Origin: a phage
Length of the DNA stretch: 64,000 nt
Direction: 5' to 3' (one strand)
Sequence record: PZ452594.1
Part shown: piece by piece, positions 54,869-64,000 of the stretch
How the letters are laid out: each line of letters opens with the position of its first letter
Numbering within the stretch: position 1 is the stretch's first letter
Translations under genes and position numbers: made by a program
The notes under the pieces: generated by a model
The model's database searches: none
Seen by the model: only the letters and a program-made list of their open reading frames with translations
What the model was told of the DNA's origin: nothing

Positions 54869-55893
54869 ATCTTAGCATATTTAGATAGCCGCATTTTAGC
54901 CATCAACCCCTGGGCAATATTATTTTTCATATATTCCATAATTTGTTCAGGGGTTGCACCTTCCTTTCTAATCATATCATTAACATCTTTTGATTTCCAG
55001 GGAGATTTATCCCAAAACATAACCCTTTCTCCTGCATCAACTAATTTAGTCATTCGCTTAATAGTGTCAGGATGACGAGGTTCATTATCTAAAACCCACA
55101 CTCGTCTATCTTTAAATGGAACAACTTCTAGGTCTAATTGACCACCCGTAATAGCTATACCATTTTCAATAAAAAGTGAATCTATAGGTCCTTCTAGAAC
55201 ATATACATCACCATCTTTAACTCGTTCGACTCCATAGATTTTTGTTGCTTCAGGATAAGCTTTGATGGTGATATATTTTTGGGGAGCATCTTTCTTTAAT
55301 GCACGTCCTTGAAAAGACTCAGCTTTTCCATTAGCATTATAAATTGGAATAACAAGACGAGGCTCAGGTATTTCCTTTTTATATGTTCCCGGTGCTATGC
55401 TATTAACTAATTTAGGCCATTCAGTTGTAAACCAAAGATATTTCCATTTATCCTTTGGAATACAACGAGCTTTTATATATTTTATAATTGCATGGTCTTC
55501 CGCCAGTTTATCTAATCTAACACATGACGGAAGAGATTTAATTATTTTCTTCTCAGGTTGTTTAGGAAGTTCTTTAGGTTTTTCTACTGGACGACTTTTA
55601 CCTTTTTCTTTTCTTATTTCAAAGATATACTCACGATATAAATCGGGTTCAAACTCCTTTAAATATATTCCGATTGGCGCATGATAGTTGCAGTTATAAC
55701 AATGAATATTTCCTTCATTATTATCACCATAATACCATCCACGGGCTTTATTTTGATCGGTTTTTGAATCTCCACAAACAGGACATCTAAACCGTAATTT
55801 AAAAGTTGAACTATTATTTACTTGCGCGAATTTAGGTAAATGAGCCAATGCACGGTATGCAAACTCATTATCAATCCAAGGTATTGATGACAT
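54865..55893 (-). CDS. 61: gp61 DNA primase
   Basis: 342 aa; N-terminal zinc ribbon (CPVCGDS...CYNC) and TOPRIM-like region. Confidence 0.93.
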   Translation of the reverse strand: MSSIPWIDNEFAYRALAHLPKFAQVNNSSTFKLRFRCPVCGDSKTDQNKARGWYYGDNNEGNIHCYNCNYHAPIGIYLKEFEPDLYREYIFEIRKEKGKSRPVEKPKELPKQPEKKIIKSLPSCVRLDKLAEDHAIIKYIKARCIPKDKWKYLWFTTEWPKLVNSIAPGTYKKEIPEPRLVIPIYNANGKAESFQGRALKKDAPQKYITIKAYPEATKIYGVERVKDGDVYVLEGPIDSLFIENGIAITGGQLDLEVVPFKDRRVWVLDNEPRHPDTIKRMTKLVDAGERVMFWDKSPWKSKDVNDMIRKEGATPEQIMEYMKNNIAQGLMAKMRLSKYAKI

Positions 55894-55895
55894 TT

Positions 55896-56060
55896 TTACT
55901 CTTCTTTTTCTTTAGATTCCTCTTTTTTCTTTTTAGGAATCTGTTCAGGGCCTTTATTTACTACAGCACCTGATGTTGTTCCAGTAGAGATATTTTCAGG
56001 ATTACCACCTGAATCTCCAGCAACCATATCTTCTTTGATAAATTCTTTATATGTTTTCAT
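55896..56060 (-). CDS. small hydrophilic protein, 54 aa (61.1-like; below track cutoff)
   Basis: SD GAGGTTAAT before ATG; MKTYKEFIKEDMVAGDSGGNPEN... Confidence 0.4.
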   Translation of the reverse strand: MKTYKEFIKEDMVAGDSGGNPENISTGTTSGAVVNKGPEQIPKKKKEESKEKEE

Positions 56061-56061
56061 A

Positions 56062-56418
56062 TTAACCTCTATTCATAAAAGCATTAAAAATTTGGTCATC
56101 AATCGATGGAATAGCAACCTTTTCGGCATCATTTAGCAAATCATTAATTTCATCAGATAGCATAACGCATGTACCTTTATTTCCTGTAATTGTTACTGCG
56201 CAATTACGAACGTTTTCTTTATCAAATTTTAGGTTAATATTTTCGTAGTGAAAATCCTTTAATGCCGAATATATTTTTAAAATGAAATTGTCTTTTACTA
56301 CAATAAACCCAACCTCACTATTAAAACGTGGTTCATGGAAACTGTAATAAACCTTTTCATCTATAAAATCGTATGAAATTTTTTCCATTTTTAAATATGA
56401 AAATTCAGAACTATACAT
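56062..56418 (-). CDS. hypothetical protein (61.2-like)
   Basis: 118-aa ORF. Confidence 0.5.
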   Translation of the reverse strand: MYSSEFSYLKMEKISYDFIDEKVYYSFHEPRFNSEVGFIVVKDNFILKIYSALKDFHYENINLKFDKENVRNCAVTITGNKGTCVMLSDEINDLLNDAEKVAIPSIDDQIFNAFMNRG

Positions 56419-56430
56419 ACTAACCTCTAA

Positions 56431-56724
56431 TTACTCACCTACCACTTCAGCGATGATATTTTTATTATTAAAGTTTTTATCACAATACAGAACGTAATTG
56501 TATTGCATTACACCACCAGACTTAAGCTGTTTTTGCACTTCAGCTTTCATTTCAGGGCGATCGCGCTCAACGATATTCATAATATCTGCTTCAATTTGAG
56601 TTTCAACCTCAGTCTGATCAGCAGTCATAGACCACTCACACAAATCTTTATCATAACCTGCCATAGCAGGCTGAGCAGCACAAGAAGCTAAAGCAAAAAT
56701 TGTAGCAAAGATAAATTTTTTCAT
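56431..56724 (-). CDS. sp: Spackle-like periplasmic superinfection-exclusion protein (61.3)
   Basis: 97 aa with cleavable signal peptide MKKFIFATIFALASCAAQPAMA; third ORF after gene 61. Confidence 0.65.
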   Translation of the reverse strand: MKKFIFATIFALASCAAQPAMAGYDKDLCEWSMTADQTEVETQIEADIMNIVERDRPEMKAEVQKQLKSGGVMQYNYVLYCDKNFNNKNIIAEVVGE

Positions 56725-56784
56725 GATAATCTCCTCAGCAGTTTATGTTTATATAGTATCTCAATTTCCAACAAAAGTAAATAG

Positions 56785-57042
56785 TTATTTTAAAACTTCT
56801 GCGTAATCACATGTTACAAACTGTTTCTCTAGCTTGACGATTTTACGAAAGTATCTTTTACATTGACGAATCTGTCGCTTAGTAGGGCGCACAGCAAACT
56901 TAATAAATTCCACTCGACCAAATGGAGGGCTTTCTTCTGATGGAATATCTAACACCAATTCCCACGTATCTGCAATAAGTGCTTTGAATTGAGTATTTTT
57001 CCTAACGTTATACGGAGTAGGTTTAAATAAAACAATATGCAT
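56785..57042 (-). CDS. hypothetical protein (61.4-like)
   Basis: 85 aa from internal ATG adjacent to the dmd stop. Confidence 0.45.
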   Translation of the reverse strand: MHIVLFKPTPYNVRKNTQFKALIADTWELVLDIPSEESPPFGRVEFIKFAVRPTKRQIRQCKRYFRKIVKLEKQFVTCDYAEVLK

Positions 57043-57043
57043 A

Positions 57044-57226
57044 TTATCCTCGGCAATCCACTTCACATACTTTCTTGTCATCAATGAAAGCTTTAACTAA
57101 TGCTTTATTAACTTCAGCATACTGAGTAGTAGCCCATTGAACGTCATCTTTCATCATTGTGGTTTCTTTAGTAAACATGCTTTCATTCTTAAACCACCCC
57201 ATAAAAACTACCTTTACCAATTCCAT
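57044..57226 (-). CDS. dmd: Dmd antitoxin (inhibitor of RnlA/LsoA mRNA endoribonuclease toxins)
   Basis: 60-aa ORF MELVKVVFMGWFKNESMFTKE... matching T4 Dmd by recall. Confidence 0.85.
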   Translation of the reverse strand: MELVKVVFMGWFKNESMFTKETTMMKDDVQWATTQYAEVNKALVKAFIDDKKVCEVDCRG

Positions 57227-57255
57227 AACAATCTCCTCATTTAACCAACAAGACT

Positions 57256-57285
57256 ACTATACCATAGTCTCGTCAGCTTGTAAAC
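57256..57285 (-). promoter_or_regulatory. T4-type early promoter (GTTTAC-18-TATAGT) upstream of dmd
   Basis: GTTTAC 57280-57285, -10 57256-57261. Confidence 0.45.
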
Positions 57286-58712
57286 TAAAATTTTAATTCA
57301 TTTGCCAAAGCATCTAACTGAGCTCGAGTAGATTCATTTCTTTGATAGCGATTCTGTTCAGCCTGAATCTGTTGTGAACCTGCTACTTCACTCACTTCAG
57401 TTGGAGTAGAATCTTGTTCAATTTCTACCCATTTCTGATTTCCCTTTTGAACACCCATCAAAAACTTATTCCATTTATTCTTATCACCATATCGTGATTT
57501 GATTTGCTTAATTAGTTGTTGTTCAGCAGCTGCTAACTCCTCGGTTTCAATGACCGCAAGCATAAAATCGGCTGTTGCTGGAAGACCGGCAGATTCTGCA
57601 ATATCGCTCATGTTAACATCAGAAGAATCCCAAGCTTGCTTACCAACTTGTGCTGCGGTCCAAAGAACAGTTTCGGTTTCAACAGCCAGAGCACGCAATT
57701 CCTCTGCGATAGCTTTAACAGTTGTGTAACTATTTTCTGAATAAACTCTGATGCGACAAGATTTACAAATACCCAGATAGTCAACAATAATGATTGTTGG
57801 AACAAAATTCTTCTTGAGCTTTAATTCATTTAAAAGCGACCGAAATGTATTAGCGTCTGCTCCACCAGTAGGATACTGTTTAACGATTAAACGTCCAAGA
57901 GTAGATTTCTCACGCCATTTTTCCATTTTTCCTTTATATTCAGCGTAAGAAATATGCCCATCATCAATGTCATCAAGAGAAACATCAAGCATGTTAGCGT
58001 CAATACGTTTAGCACAGACTTCTTCTGCCATTTCCATTGAAATGTAAAGAACATTATGACCGAGCTGTAAATAATCTGCTGCCAATGAACACAGACCTAA
58101 TGACTTACCAACGTTAACACCAGCCATTAAAACGTTCAGTGTTCCAGTCTCAGCTCCGCCTTTAGTAATTTTATTTAGAATTTTGAGTTTAAATGGAACC
58201 TTACGAGCTTTATTCATATAAGATAGCCAACGTGCTTCGTAGTCATCCATCCAATCATGACCAACGTAGCTATCAAATGAAATTGATAATGCTTGGCGCA
58301 TGATGTCAGGAATAGCACCTACATCTGGCATTTTCTTATTTCGTTTTTCCGGAGGAAGCTCAGCATTAGTTTGAATTTCAATTATTTTAGATGTGGCGTT
58401 AAACATCGCCCTTTGCTGAACATATTTTTCTGTTTCTTTTACTAACCAGCTATGGTCTTCTGGAGAATCAGCTAGTTTTGAAATAAGTGTTTTTACACCA
58501 GAATATTCTGTTTCAGTAAATGAACTATTTTCTAATGCAACATTTAACGCATTAATAGATGGAACGCTATGGTACTCATTAACATGAGATTTAATTAATT
58601 TGAATGTATTTTTAGCTGGACCACTTTCAAAATATTCTGAATCCATATATGGCCAAACTTTTGAAAAATAAGCTTGATCAAATATAAGATGAGAAAGAAT
58701 AATTTCTACCAC
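57285..58712 (-). CDS. 41: gp41 replicative DNA helicase (DnaB family)
   Basis: 475 aa; Walker A GVNVGKS and DnaB-like motifs. Confidence 0.95.
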   Translation of the reverse strand: MVEIILSHLIFDQAYFSKVWPYMDSEYFESGPAKNTFKLIKSHVNEYHSVPSINALNVALENSSFTETEYSGVKTLISKLADSPEDHSWLVKETEKYVQQRAMFNATSKIIEIQTNAELPPEKRNKKMPDVGAIPDIMRQALSISFDSYVGHDWMDDYEARWLSYMNKARKVPFKLKILNKITKGGAETGTLNVLMAGVNVGKSLGLCSLAADYLQLGHNVLYISMEMAEEVCAKRIDANMLDVSLDDIDDGHISYAEYKGKMEKWREKSTLGRLIVKQYPTGGADANTFRSLLNELKLKKNFVPTIIIVDYLGICKSCRIRVYSENSYTTVKAIAEELRALAVETETVLWTAAQVGKQAWDSSDVNMSDIAESAGLPATADFMLAVIETEELAAAEQQLIKQIKSRYGDKNKWNKFLMGVQKGNQKWVEIEQDSTPTEVSEVAGSQQIQAEQNRYQRNESTRAQLDALANELKF

Positions 58713-58721
58713 ACTTACTCC

Positions 58722-59084
58722 TTAAAAGAATTTAAATTTTTTCTTTGACCTTTTATTAAATGCATCTTGTAGTTGCATTGTAATACATTTTTCTACATGA
58801 GGAGCTAACTCAGCTTTTCTTTCTTGGTCAAGAACAGCAAAGTCCATTACAACCTTTCCATTAACCCAATCTAATTTTGTCACATACACAATGTGTGTAG
58901 AACCATCTTCTAGTTTAATGACAATCTCCTGGATAACATTTTCCATGGCAGATTTAATTATCTTAAGAGATTCATTAAAAAGACGTTCTTTTCTTTCTTC
59001 TTCCCCCTCCGAAGAGGGGGATTCATCGATAATTTCTAGATCTAAATCTAAATCATCTTTATTCATTAAATTCTTCCATATCAC
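58722..59084 (-). CDS. 40: gp40 head-assembly accessory protein
   Basis: 120-aa ORF between 41 and uvsX. Confidence 0.6.
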   Translation of the reverse strand: MIWKNLMNKDDLDLDLEIIDESPSSEGEEERKERLFNESLKIIKSAMENVIQEIVIKLEDGSTHIVYVTKLDWVNGKVVMDFAVLDQERKAELAPHVEKCITMQLQDAFNKRSKKKFKFF

Positions 59085-60240
59085 TTAGCTGATCTAGGTC
59101 AGTTTCTAAATCAGCTGCTGATTTACTTTTACTTTCTGAGGATTTAAATTTTTCAACTTTTGAGTTAATTAATTCATCAACTTCCGCTTCAACAATTTCA
59201 TTACTATCAATAGCACCTAACTGATAAGCACGCTTAATAGCATCACGGAATGGTTGATGCTTAAATAAAGGACCCCAGAATGTAGTGCAGTTGGTATCTT
59301 TTGCACGCCAAGATTTTTCTTCGCGAATCATCTCGCCGGTTTCTTCATCAAGAAATTCACGAGCATACCAACCATTCTTAGGTTTTACTACAAATCCTAA
59401 TTCTAGAGCCATATCTAACAATCCAGAATAAGGATCGATACCGCCGTCAAATTTAACATCAATAAAGAATTTACTTTTTTCTTTAACTGTACGAGATTTT
59501 TCTACATTTAGAACAAATTGATACCCCTGAAGATCAGAACCATCTTTAATCTGACGCTTACCGATAATGAATACAGTATCAGCCGAATACATTACACCTG
59601 TACCGCCTGTCATTACGGTTTTGCTAAACATTTCAATTGTTTCAATTGTATGGTTAACCGCAACACATGGAATATTTTTAATGCTAAAATAAGGAGTAAC
59701 AATACGGAATAATGACTTCAGTGATTTAGCACGAGTCATATCTGCCACAGATTTTTCATTCAAGGCATCTTCCGTTTCTTTCTTAGAAGCCATATTACCG
59801 ATTGAGTCGATGAATACAATAACTTTTTCACCGCGCTCAATAGCTTCAAGCTGATTCACCATATCAATTTTCAGCTGTTCAACTGACTGAATTGGCGTAT
59901 GAATTACTCGTTCCGGGTCAACTCCCATGGATCGCAAATAAGCTGGAGTAATACCAAATTCGCTATCATAGAATAGACAAACCGCGTCAGGATATTTGTT
60001 CAAATACGCCGCAACCATAGTCAAAGACATATTTGATTTAAAGTGTTTAGAAGGCCCTGCGAAAATAGTTAAACCAGACTGCATACCGCCATCAATCGCA
60101 CCAGAAATAGCGATATTAAGCATTGGGATTTTTGTACGGATTACATCCTTTTCATTAAAGAATTTAGATGTAGTCAGTTCAGCAGTCATTTTAGAAGTGG
60201 AAGCTTTAATCAAACGGGATTTTAAATCTGCAATAGACAT
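59059..60240 (-). CDS. uvsX: UvsX recombinase (RecA-like)
   Basis: 393 aa; Walker A GPSKHFKS and RecA-fold motifs. Confidence 0.93.
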   Translation of the reverse strand: MSIADLKSRLIKASTSKMTAELTTSKFFNEKDVIRTKIPMLNIAISGAIDGGMQSGLTIFAGPSKHFKSNMSLTMVAAYLNKYPDAVCLFYDSEFGITPAYLRSMGVDPERVIHTPIQSVEQLKIDMVNQLEAIERGEKVIVFIDSIGNMASKKETEDALNEKSVADMTRAKSLKSLFRIVTPYFSIKNIPCVAVNHTIETIEMFSKTVMTGGTGVMYSADTVFIIGKRQIKDGSDLQGYQFVLNVEKSRTVKEKSKFFIDVKFDGGIDPYSGLLDMALELGFVVKPKNGWYAREFLDEETGEMIREEKSWRAKDTNCTTFWGPLFKHQPFRDAIKRAYQLGAIDSNEIVEAEVDELINSKVEKFKSSESKSKSAADLETDLDQLSDMEEFNE

Positions 60241-60317
60241 TCATTTTTTCCATAGGCATCATTATATTTTCCTCACTGGTTAAAGATAGAGTAATTATAA
60301 CACAATAAATTTAGGCA

Positions 60318-61166
60318 TTAATCAACTGCTATTGGATGAATAGCATTAAACTTATGAAATGCTTCTGATTTTTCTTTACGCGAAACACACATGCGAAGAA
60401 CCTTTAATGGCTCATCTTCTTCACCCAACGATTTTCGTTTTTCAATATTAGAAGTTTTCCAACGAGCTTGCTCTGGAAACTCTCTGTTGATTTGCTCAAG
60501 CGCTCTATTATGTTTAGAATTACTACGAATTGAACTGCACCCGCCAGGAGCTTGTGCTTTTCCAGATACAACCAGATATTTGAACAAGGCCAAATGCGGA
60601 TAACCTTGATTAATTAAATTGAGAAATGCATACATATCTTCGCACAAATCAATTTTTCCATACCCAATTTGTTCTGTCGTAAGTTTTCCAAGGTCATACC
60701 ATGTATTCGTGAATCCATATGAATTTTCACGATAATTACCCCAAGATGAAGTAATTTTAAAAATTGGTAGACGAGCATGGCCATGATAATACCCACAATC
60801 CATGGCATCCTCAACATATTGAATCAATTCATAGAACTGTTCACGGGTTAATTGATTGACTTTATCTACACAGCGACGATCATCTCTTTTTCGCATTGAG
60901 CTCATACGAATCGTAGTATCATCGTCAATCATCCAGATTCGTTGACCTGCATACATATCAGTAATTGCTTTACGAGTACCGGCAATTCCATTTACGTCAT
61001 CAGGAATAGTTATAATTTTAGCTCTAGACCCATAGGCATCATAATAAGCTTTTTCTTCATGTTCACGCACTACAATATGGGGTTCATAATCAGTCGGAAA
61101 CATATCAAGGGCAGAAACTGCCCCGACACGCTGATAACTTGGAATTACGAATTGAATCATTTCCAC
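60318..61166 (-). CDS. putative DNA-modifying glycosyltransferase (non-T4 type, DxD motif)
   Basis: 282-aa ORF at the locus where T4 carries beta-gt; contains WMIDDDTT. Confidence 0.55.
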   Translation of the reverse strand: MEMIQFVIPSYQRVGAVSALDMFPTDYEPHIVVREHEEKAYYDAYGSRAKIITIPDDVNGIAGTRKAITDMYAGQRIWMIDDDTTIRMSSMRKRDDRRCVDKVNQLTREQFYELIQYVEDAMDCGYYHGHARLPIFKITSSWGNYRENSYGFTNTWYDLGKLTTEQIGYGKIDLCEDMYAFLNLINQGYPHLALFKYLVVSGKAQAPGGCSSIRSNSKHNRALEQINREFPEQARWKTSNIEKRKSLGEEDEPLKVLRMCVSRKEKSEAFHKFNAIHPIAVD

Positions 61167-61897
61167 TCACCTTTATAGTCTTTTTTCACAATATGAGTTT
61201 CGCCAGTATTCCACCAATGATCAACCAAGTAAAAATGACGAGAATATACATGAAGACTTCCAACATTCCATATAATAGAACCTGCTTTATACTGACGAGT
61301 TGAATCGCCGGCATTCAAATCAGATACTAATTTATCTAATACGTATTTTTGCCATGCATAATCATTACGGAATCCGAAGACCACGTCATTTGAGCGCATG
61401 TTAACAACCGCATTGACTTTCTTATCACGAATCAGGTACTGTACTGTATTAGTACACATGAAATCTGACATACCATCTTTATTGTAGTCAAATTGCATGG
61501 ATGGACGAGTATAAATCATGATACCACGTCGAGAATCAGGATTTTGACCAAGTTCAGCTAAACACATATCATATTGAGCATAGTTATCTTCTGACCAGAT
61601 AGCCCAACCATAATTCGAGTTAATTTCACCTTTAGAAGATGCTACTTGTTGCCAAATCTTCGGTGTTTCACCCGGAATATCTTTAACGAACAAGCTCTTA
61701 GATTTATACCATTCAAGTTCACGCTGAATGTATTCATCATTAAGAGCGCCAAAAATAAACGGTTCATCTGCTATAAATGATGCGCCAATAATTTCAATAG
61801 TTTTAACGCCAGTTTTATCAACTACGAAATCTTTTTCCTTTAATGCAAGACCCAAATGAAGACGGATTTCTTCAACTGTCATAGAGTCACTAATCAT
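61157..61897 (-). CDS. 42: dCMP hydroxymethylase
   Basis: 246 aa; thymidylate-synthase-like fold, matches T4 gp42 by recall. Confidence 0.93.
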   Translation of the reverse strand: MISDSMTVEEIRLHLGLALKEKDFVVDKTGVKTIEIIGASFIADEPFIFGALNDEYIQRELEWYKSKSLFVKDIPGETPKIWQQVASSKGEINSNYGWAIWSEDNYAQYDMCLAELGQNPDSRRGIMIYTRPSMQFDYNKDGMSDFMCTNTVQYLIRDKKVNAVVNMRSNDVVFGFRNDYAWQKYVLDKLVSDLNAGDSTRQYKAGSIIWNVGSLHVYSRHFYLVDHWWNTGETHIVKKDYKGEWK

Positions 61898-61904
61898 TTA
61901 AACC

Positions 61905-62054
61905 TCAATTGATACATTCATATTTAACTTGTAACAGTAATAAACCCCAACCTATAATAAGTGGCGGAATCATAAGAGGAACTGTTACGCTATAGTATAT
62001 ACTTATTATAACCATCAAGATTAAAAGCAACACTGCTATAATTTTGCTTTTCAT
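61905..62054 (-). CDS. small hydrophobic protein, 49 aa (below track cutoff)
   Basis: ATG overlaps the imm stop (ATGA); MKSKIIAVLLLILMVIISIYYSVTVPLMIPPLIIGWGLLLLQ... Confidence 0.4.
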   Translation of the reverse strand: MKSKIIAVLLLILMVIISIYYSVTVPLMIPPLIIGWGLLLLQVKYECIN

Positions 62055-62302
62055 TCTTTCTCTCTGATGATAATTACCTGATTTGGATGTGCAGACTTTT
62101 TGGTTTCACCCGCAATTGACCAAATGAATGTAATAAACCAACCAATAATTGACCAATTAAACAGTAAAGACGTGAAAAAGATTCCTACTGTCGATTTTGA
62201 CCCACGCATCAAGGCGATGAACCATGGAAGCATGTATATAATAATAGCCAACACACCTGAAACTAAAACCATAAAAATTGAACCTGCTACTAAAGTTTCC
62301 AT
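62051..62302 (-). CDS. imm: Imm immunity-to-superinfection membrane protein
   Basis: 83 aa with two transmembrane segments; length and position as T4 Imm. Confidence 0.65.
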   Translation of the reverse strand: METLVAGSIFMVLVSGVLAIIIYMLPWFIALMRGSKSTVGIFFTSLLFNWSIIGWFITFIWSIAGETKKSAHPNQVIIIREKE

Positions 62303-62309
62303 GTTTTCC

Positions 62310-62690
62310 TCACTTAGTCAAATTTTTTACGCATGAATTATAAGAATTCACTACATACTCCATCGGAGCATTTTTACCGGTACGCCATTGGTAATTATTA
62401 GCCCAATTTGCCCAAAGCTCGGCGCAGTAGTTTTCAATTTTTTCTTCGCGTGTAATTACATCCGAATTACGATATGCTTGAGCAGATTCATCTGGACGAA
62501 TAGCTTCGTCAAAATTCGCCTGCATTTGTTCTACTGTTTGCTTTGGAGCTTCTTTATAACACTTGACATTAGGATTATAAAATTTGCTTGAACAGTTTAC
62601 AATTTTTCCTACATCAGACTGATTTACTACCGGTTCTTGAGCTACACAACCAGTAAGACCTAATGCAATAACCAAAATAGCGATTTTCAT
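62310..62690 (-). CDS. putative lipoprotein
   Basis: 126 aa; signal peptide with lipobox LTGC. Confidence 0.5.
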   Translation of the reverse strand: MKIAILVIALGLTGCVAQEPVVNQSDVGKIVNCSSKFYNPNVKCYKEAPKQTVEQMQANFDEAIRPDESAQAYRNSDVITREEKIENYCAELWANWANNYQWRTGKNAPMEYVVNSYNSCVKNLTK

Positions 62691-62702
62691 AATAATTTCC
62701 TC

Positions 62703-62954
62703 TTAAAACTTAACAAATAACTTTAAAGCATCTTCAATTTTAATTCCTTTTCTTACACCCATAACAGAAATTGGCTGTGACTGAAATTTTCCTTTACCAT
62801 TATAAATTTCTAATCCAGTCACCATTCCATTTTGTTCTATAATACCGTAAGTGTTACCTTCATTTTCAAATTCTTTAACTTTAAAGAGTTTATTAGCTTT
62901 TTCTGCGTTAACAACTTTTAAATTTTGAATAAAATTAGTTTGAATATTTTTCAT
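62703..62954 (-). CDS. hypothetical protein
   Basis: 83-aa ORF with SD GGAGGAACACAAA. Confidence 0.5.
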   Translation of the reverse strand: MKNIQTNFIQNLKVVNAEKANKLFKVKEFENEGNTYGIIEQNGMVTGLEIYNGKGKFQSQPISVMGVRKGIKIEDALKLFVKF

Positions 62955-62982
62955 TTTGTGTTCCTCCGTAGTTGATAGTTGT

Positions 62983-63012
62983 ATAGTACCACAGAGGAAC
63001 AGTCTTGTAAAC
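62983..63012 (-). promoter_or_regulatory. T4-type early promoter (GTTTAC-18-TACTAT)
   Basis: GTTTAC 63007-63012, -10 62983-62988; conserved box CGTAGTTGATAGTTGTATAGTACCACAG. Confidence 0.6.
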
Positions 63013-63094
63013 AGTTTTGTGAAAATTTTTTAGGGAATTCTAAAGGTCCAGAATCATCTGTTTTTCATAAGTATAGATTTATATTACTTGTATG

Positions 63095-63115
63095 AAAAAG
63101 GGACCCGGAGGTCCC
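63095..63115 (-). terminator. intrinsic terminator after gene 43
   Basis: Hairpin GGGACC / CGGA / GGTCCC followed by U-run on the minus-strand RNA. Confidence 0.55.
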
Positions 63116-63128
63116 TAGATTTATTCTA

Positions 63129-64000
63129 TCAGCCAAACAGGAAGTCTAACGAAGCTTTTTCTTCATAGTCCATACCAGCCGATTCACACATGCCTGCAAG
63201 CGGTTTAACAAACGATTTTTGGAACAAAGTTGAGTAGTCAATCCAAGATAGTACATCAGAACGAATTTCTTTTGGAAGTTCTGTACCCGACGGCCAAGCA
63301 ATGCACTTGTCGCCAAATGGATTTCCTTCACGTAATGGAAGAACCATTACCTTATTTCCATCCAAAATTGGAGCTACACCCAAACCACTAACAGCTCGAC
63401 GATAAGTTAGCACACCACGAATATGGAACGGGCATTTAAATCCTGGCCAACCTTTATCATCATATTTCGCTATATCGTTCGCAGTTTTTACTTCAGCAAT
63501 AACTTTATAGTCAAGTTGACGATATTCTTTCTCGAAGTTCTTGTAATATTCTTGGACAGACTCTTCACCTTCCTGAAGAATACGACGAATACTTTCTTCA
63601 AGAGCTTCTTGTACTGCTTTTGGTGTTGAACTTTGCTGAGTTTCCATACCCATGATTTTTAGATGCGGTTCAGCAAATCGCTTATCTTCCATATCATAAA
63701 CGTTCAGAGCATAACGTTTTTTCGCTTTCCAAAATCCACCAACACCCTTTGAACCGAGCGGAGGACAAGAAATAGCTTCACGGTCCATATGCATCAGATG
63801 CTCGCGGTTATTCATATAGTCACATAACTCACGATATGCAACATCAATCATAGGTTCCATCTTTTTCTTACCGAACTGATTCATGAATTCAACTAAATCG
63901 TTCTGCTCTTTGAATCGGTCAAGACCAACTTTTTCAATAACTTTATCTACACAAACATATACCGAATCAGTATCACCTGCTGCGATGAAATCTTCACCAT
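63129..64000 (-). CDS. 43: gp43 DNA polymerase, C-terminal part (gene continues beyond window end)
   Basis: Frame open to the window edge; C-terminal clamp-binding tail ...SLDFLFG. Confidence 0.88.
   Translation of the reverse strand, partial: GEDFIAAGDTDSVYVCVDKVIEKVGLDRFKEQNDLVEFMNQFGKKKMEPMIDVAYRELCDYMNNREHLMHMDREAISCPPLGSKGVGGFWKAKKRYALNVYDMEDKRFAEPHLKIMGMETQQSSTPKAVQEALEESIRRILQEGEESVQEYYKNFEKEYRQLDYKVIAEVKTANDIAKYDDKGWPGFKCPFHIRGVLTYRRAVSGLGVAPILDGNKVMVLPLREGNPFGDKCIAWPSGTELPKEIRSDVLSWIDYSTLFQKSFVKPLAGMCESAGMDYEEKASLDFLFG

Noticed and set aside
60318-61166. Calling the 282-aa ORF T4 beta-glucosyltransferase
   Set aside because: Length (282 versus 351 aa) and sequence do not match T4 beta-gt as recalled, and the DxD motif points to a different fold.

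Overview
This 64-kb window reads as one contiguous segment of a T-even (T4-like) coliphage genome, recognised from the translated ORFs and T4-type promoter and terminator motifs; all names are assigned from memory of T4-family proteins and no database search was run. Most genes are early/middle genes on the minus strand: 30.9-like, rIII, 31, cd, pseT, spanins, alc, rnlA, denA, nrdB, mobE-like HNH endonuclease, nrdA, td, frd, 32, 59, 33, dsbA, rnh; then on the plus strand the long-tail-fibre module 34-35-36-37-38 and holin t; then minus-strand asiA, arn, motA, 52, ac, stp, ndd, denB, rIIB, rIIA, 39, motB-like, dexA, dda, modA, modB, soc, 56, 61, spackle, dmd, 41, 40, uvsX, a glycosyltransferase, 42, imm and the C-terminal part of gene 43. 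The phage is T2/T6-type rather than T4 itself: td and nrdB are uninterrupted, the topoisomerase large subunit is a single 606-aa ORF, gp38 is a glycine-rich adhesin, and the gene at the T4 beta-gt position is an unrelated 282-aa protein with a DxD motif; a mobE-like endonuclease is nevertheless present between nrdA and nrdB. I found no CRISPR array, tRNA gene, intron or clearly foreign defence system. The best candidates for something undescribed are small uncharacterised ORFs, several below the 60-aa cutoff of the supplied track, in the variable stretches between conserved genes. Coordinates of sub-threshold ORFs, promoters and terminators were derived by hand and should be re-verified computationally.
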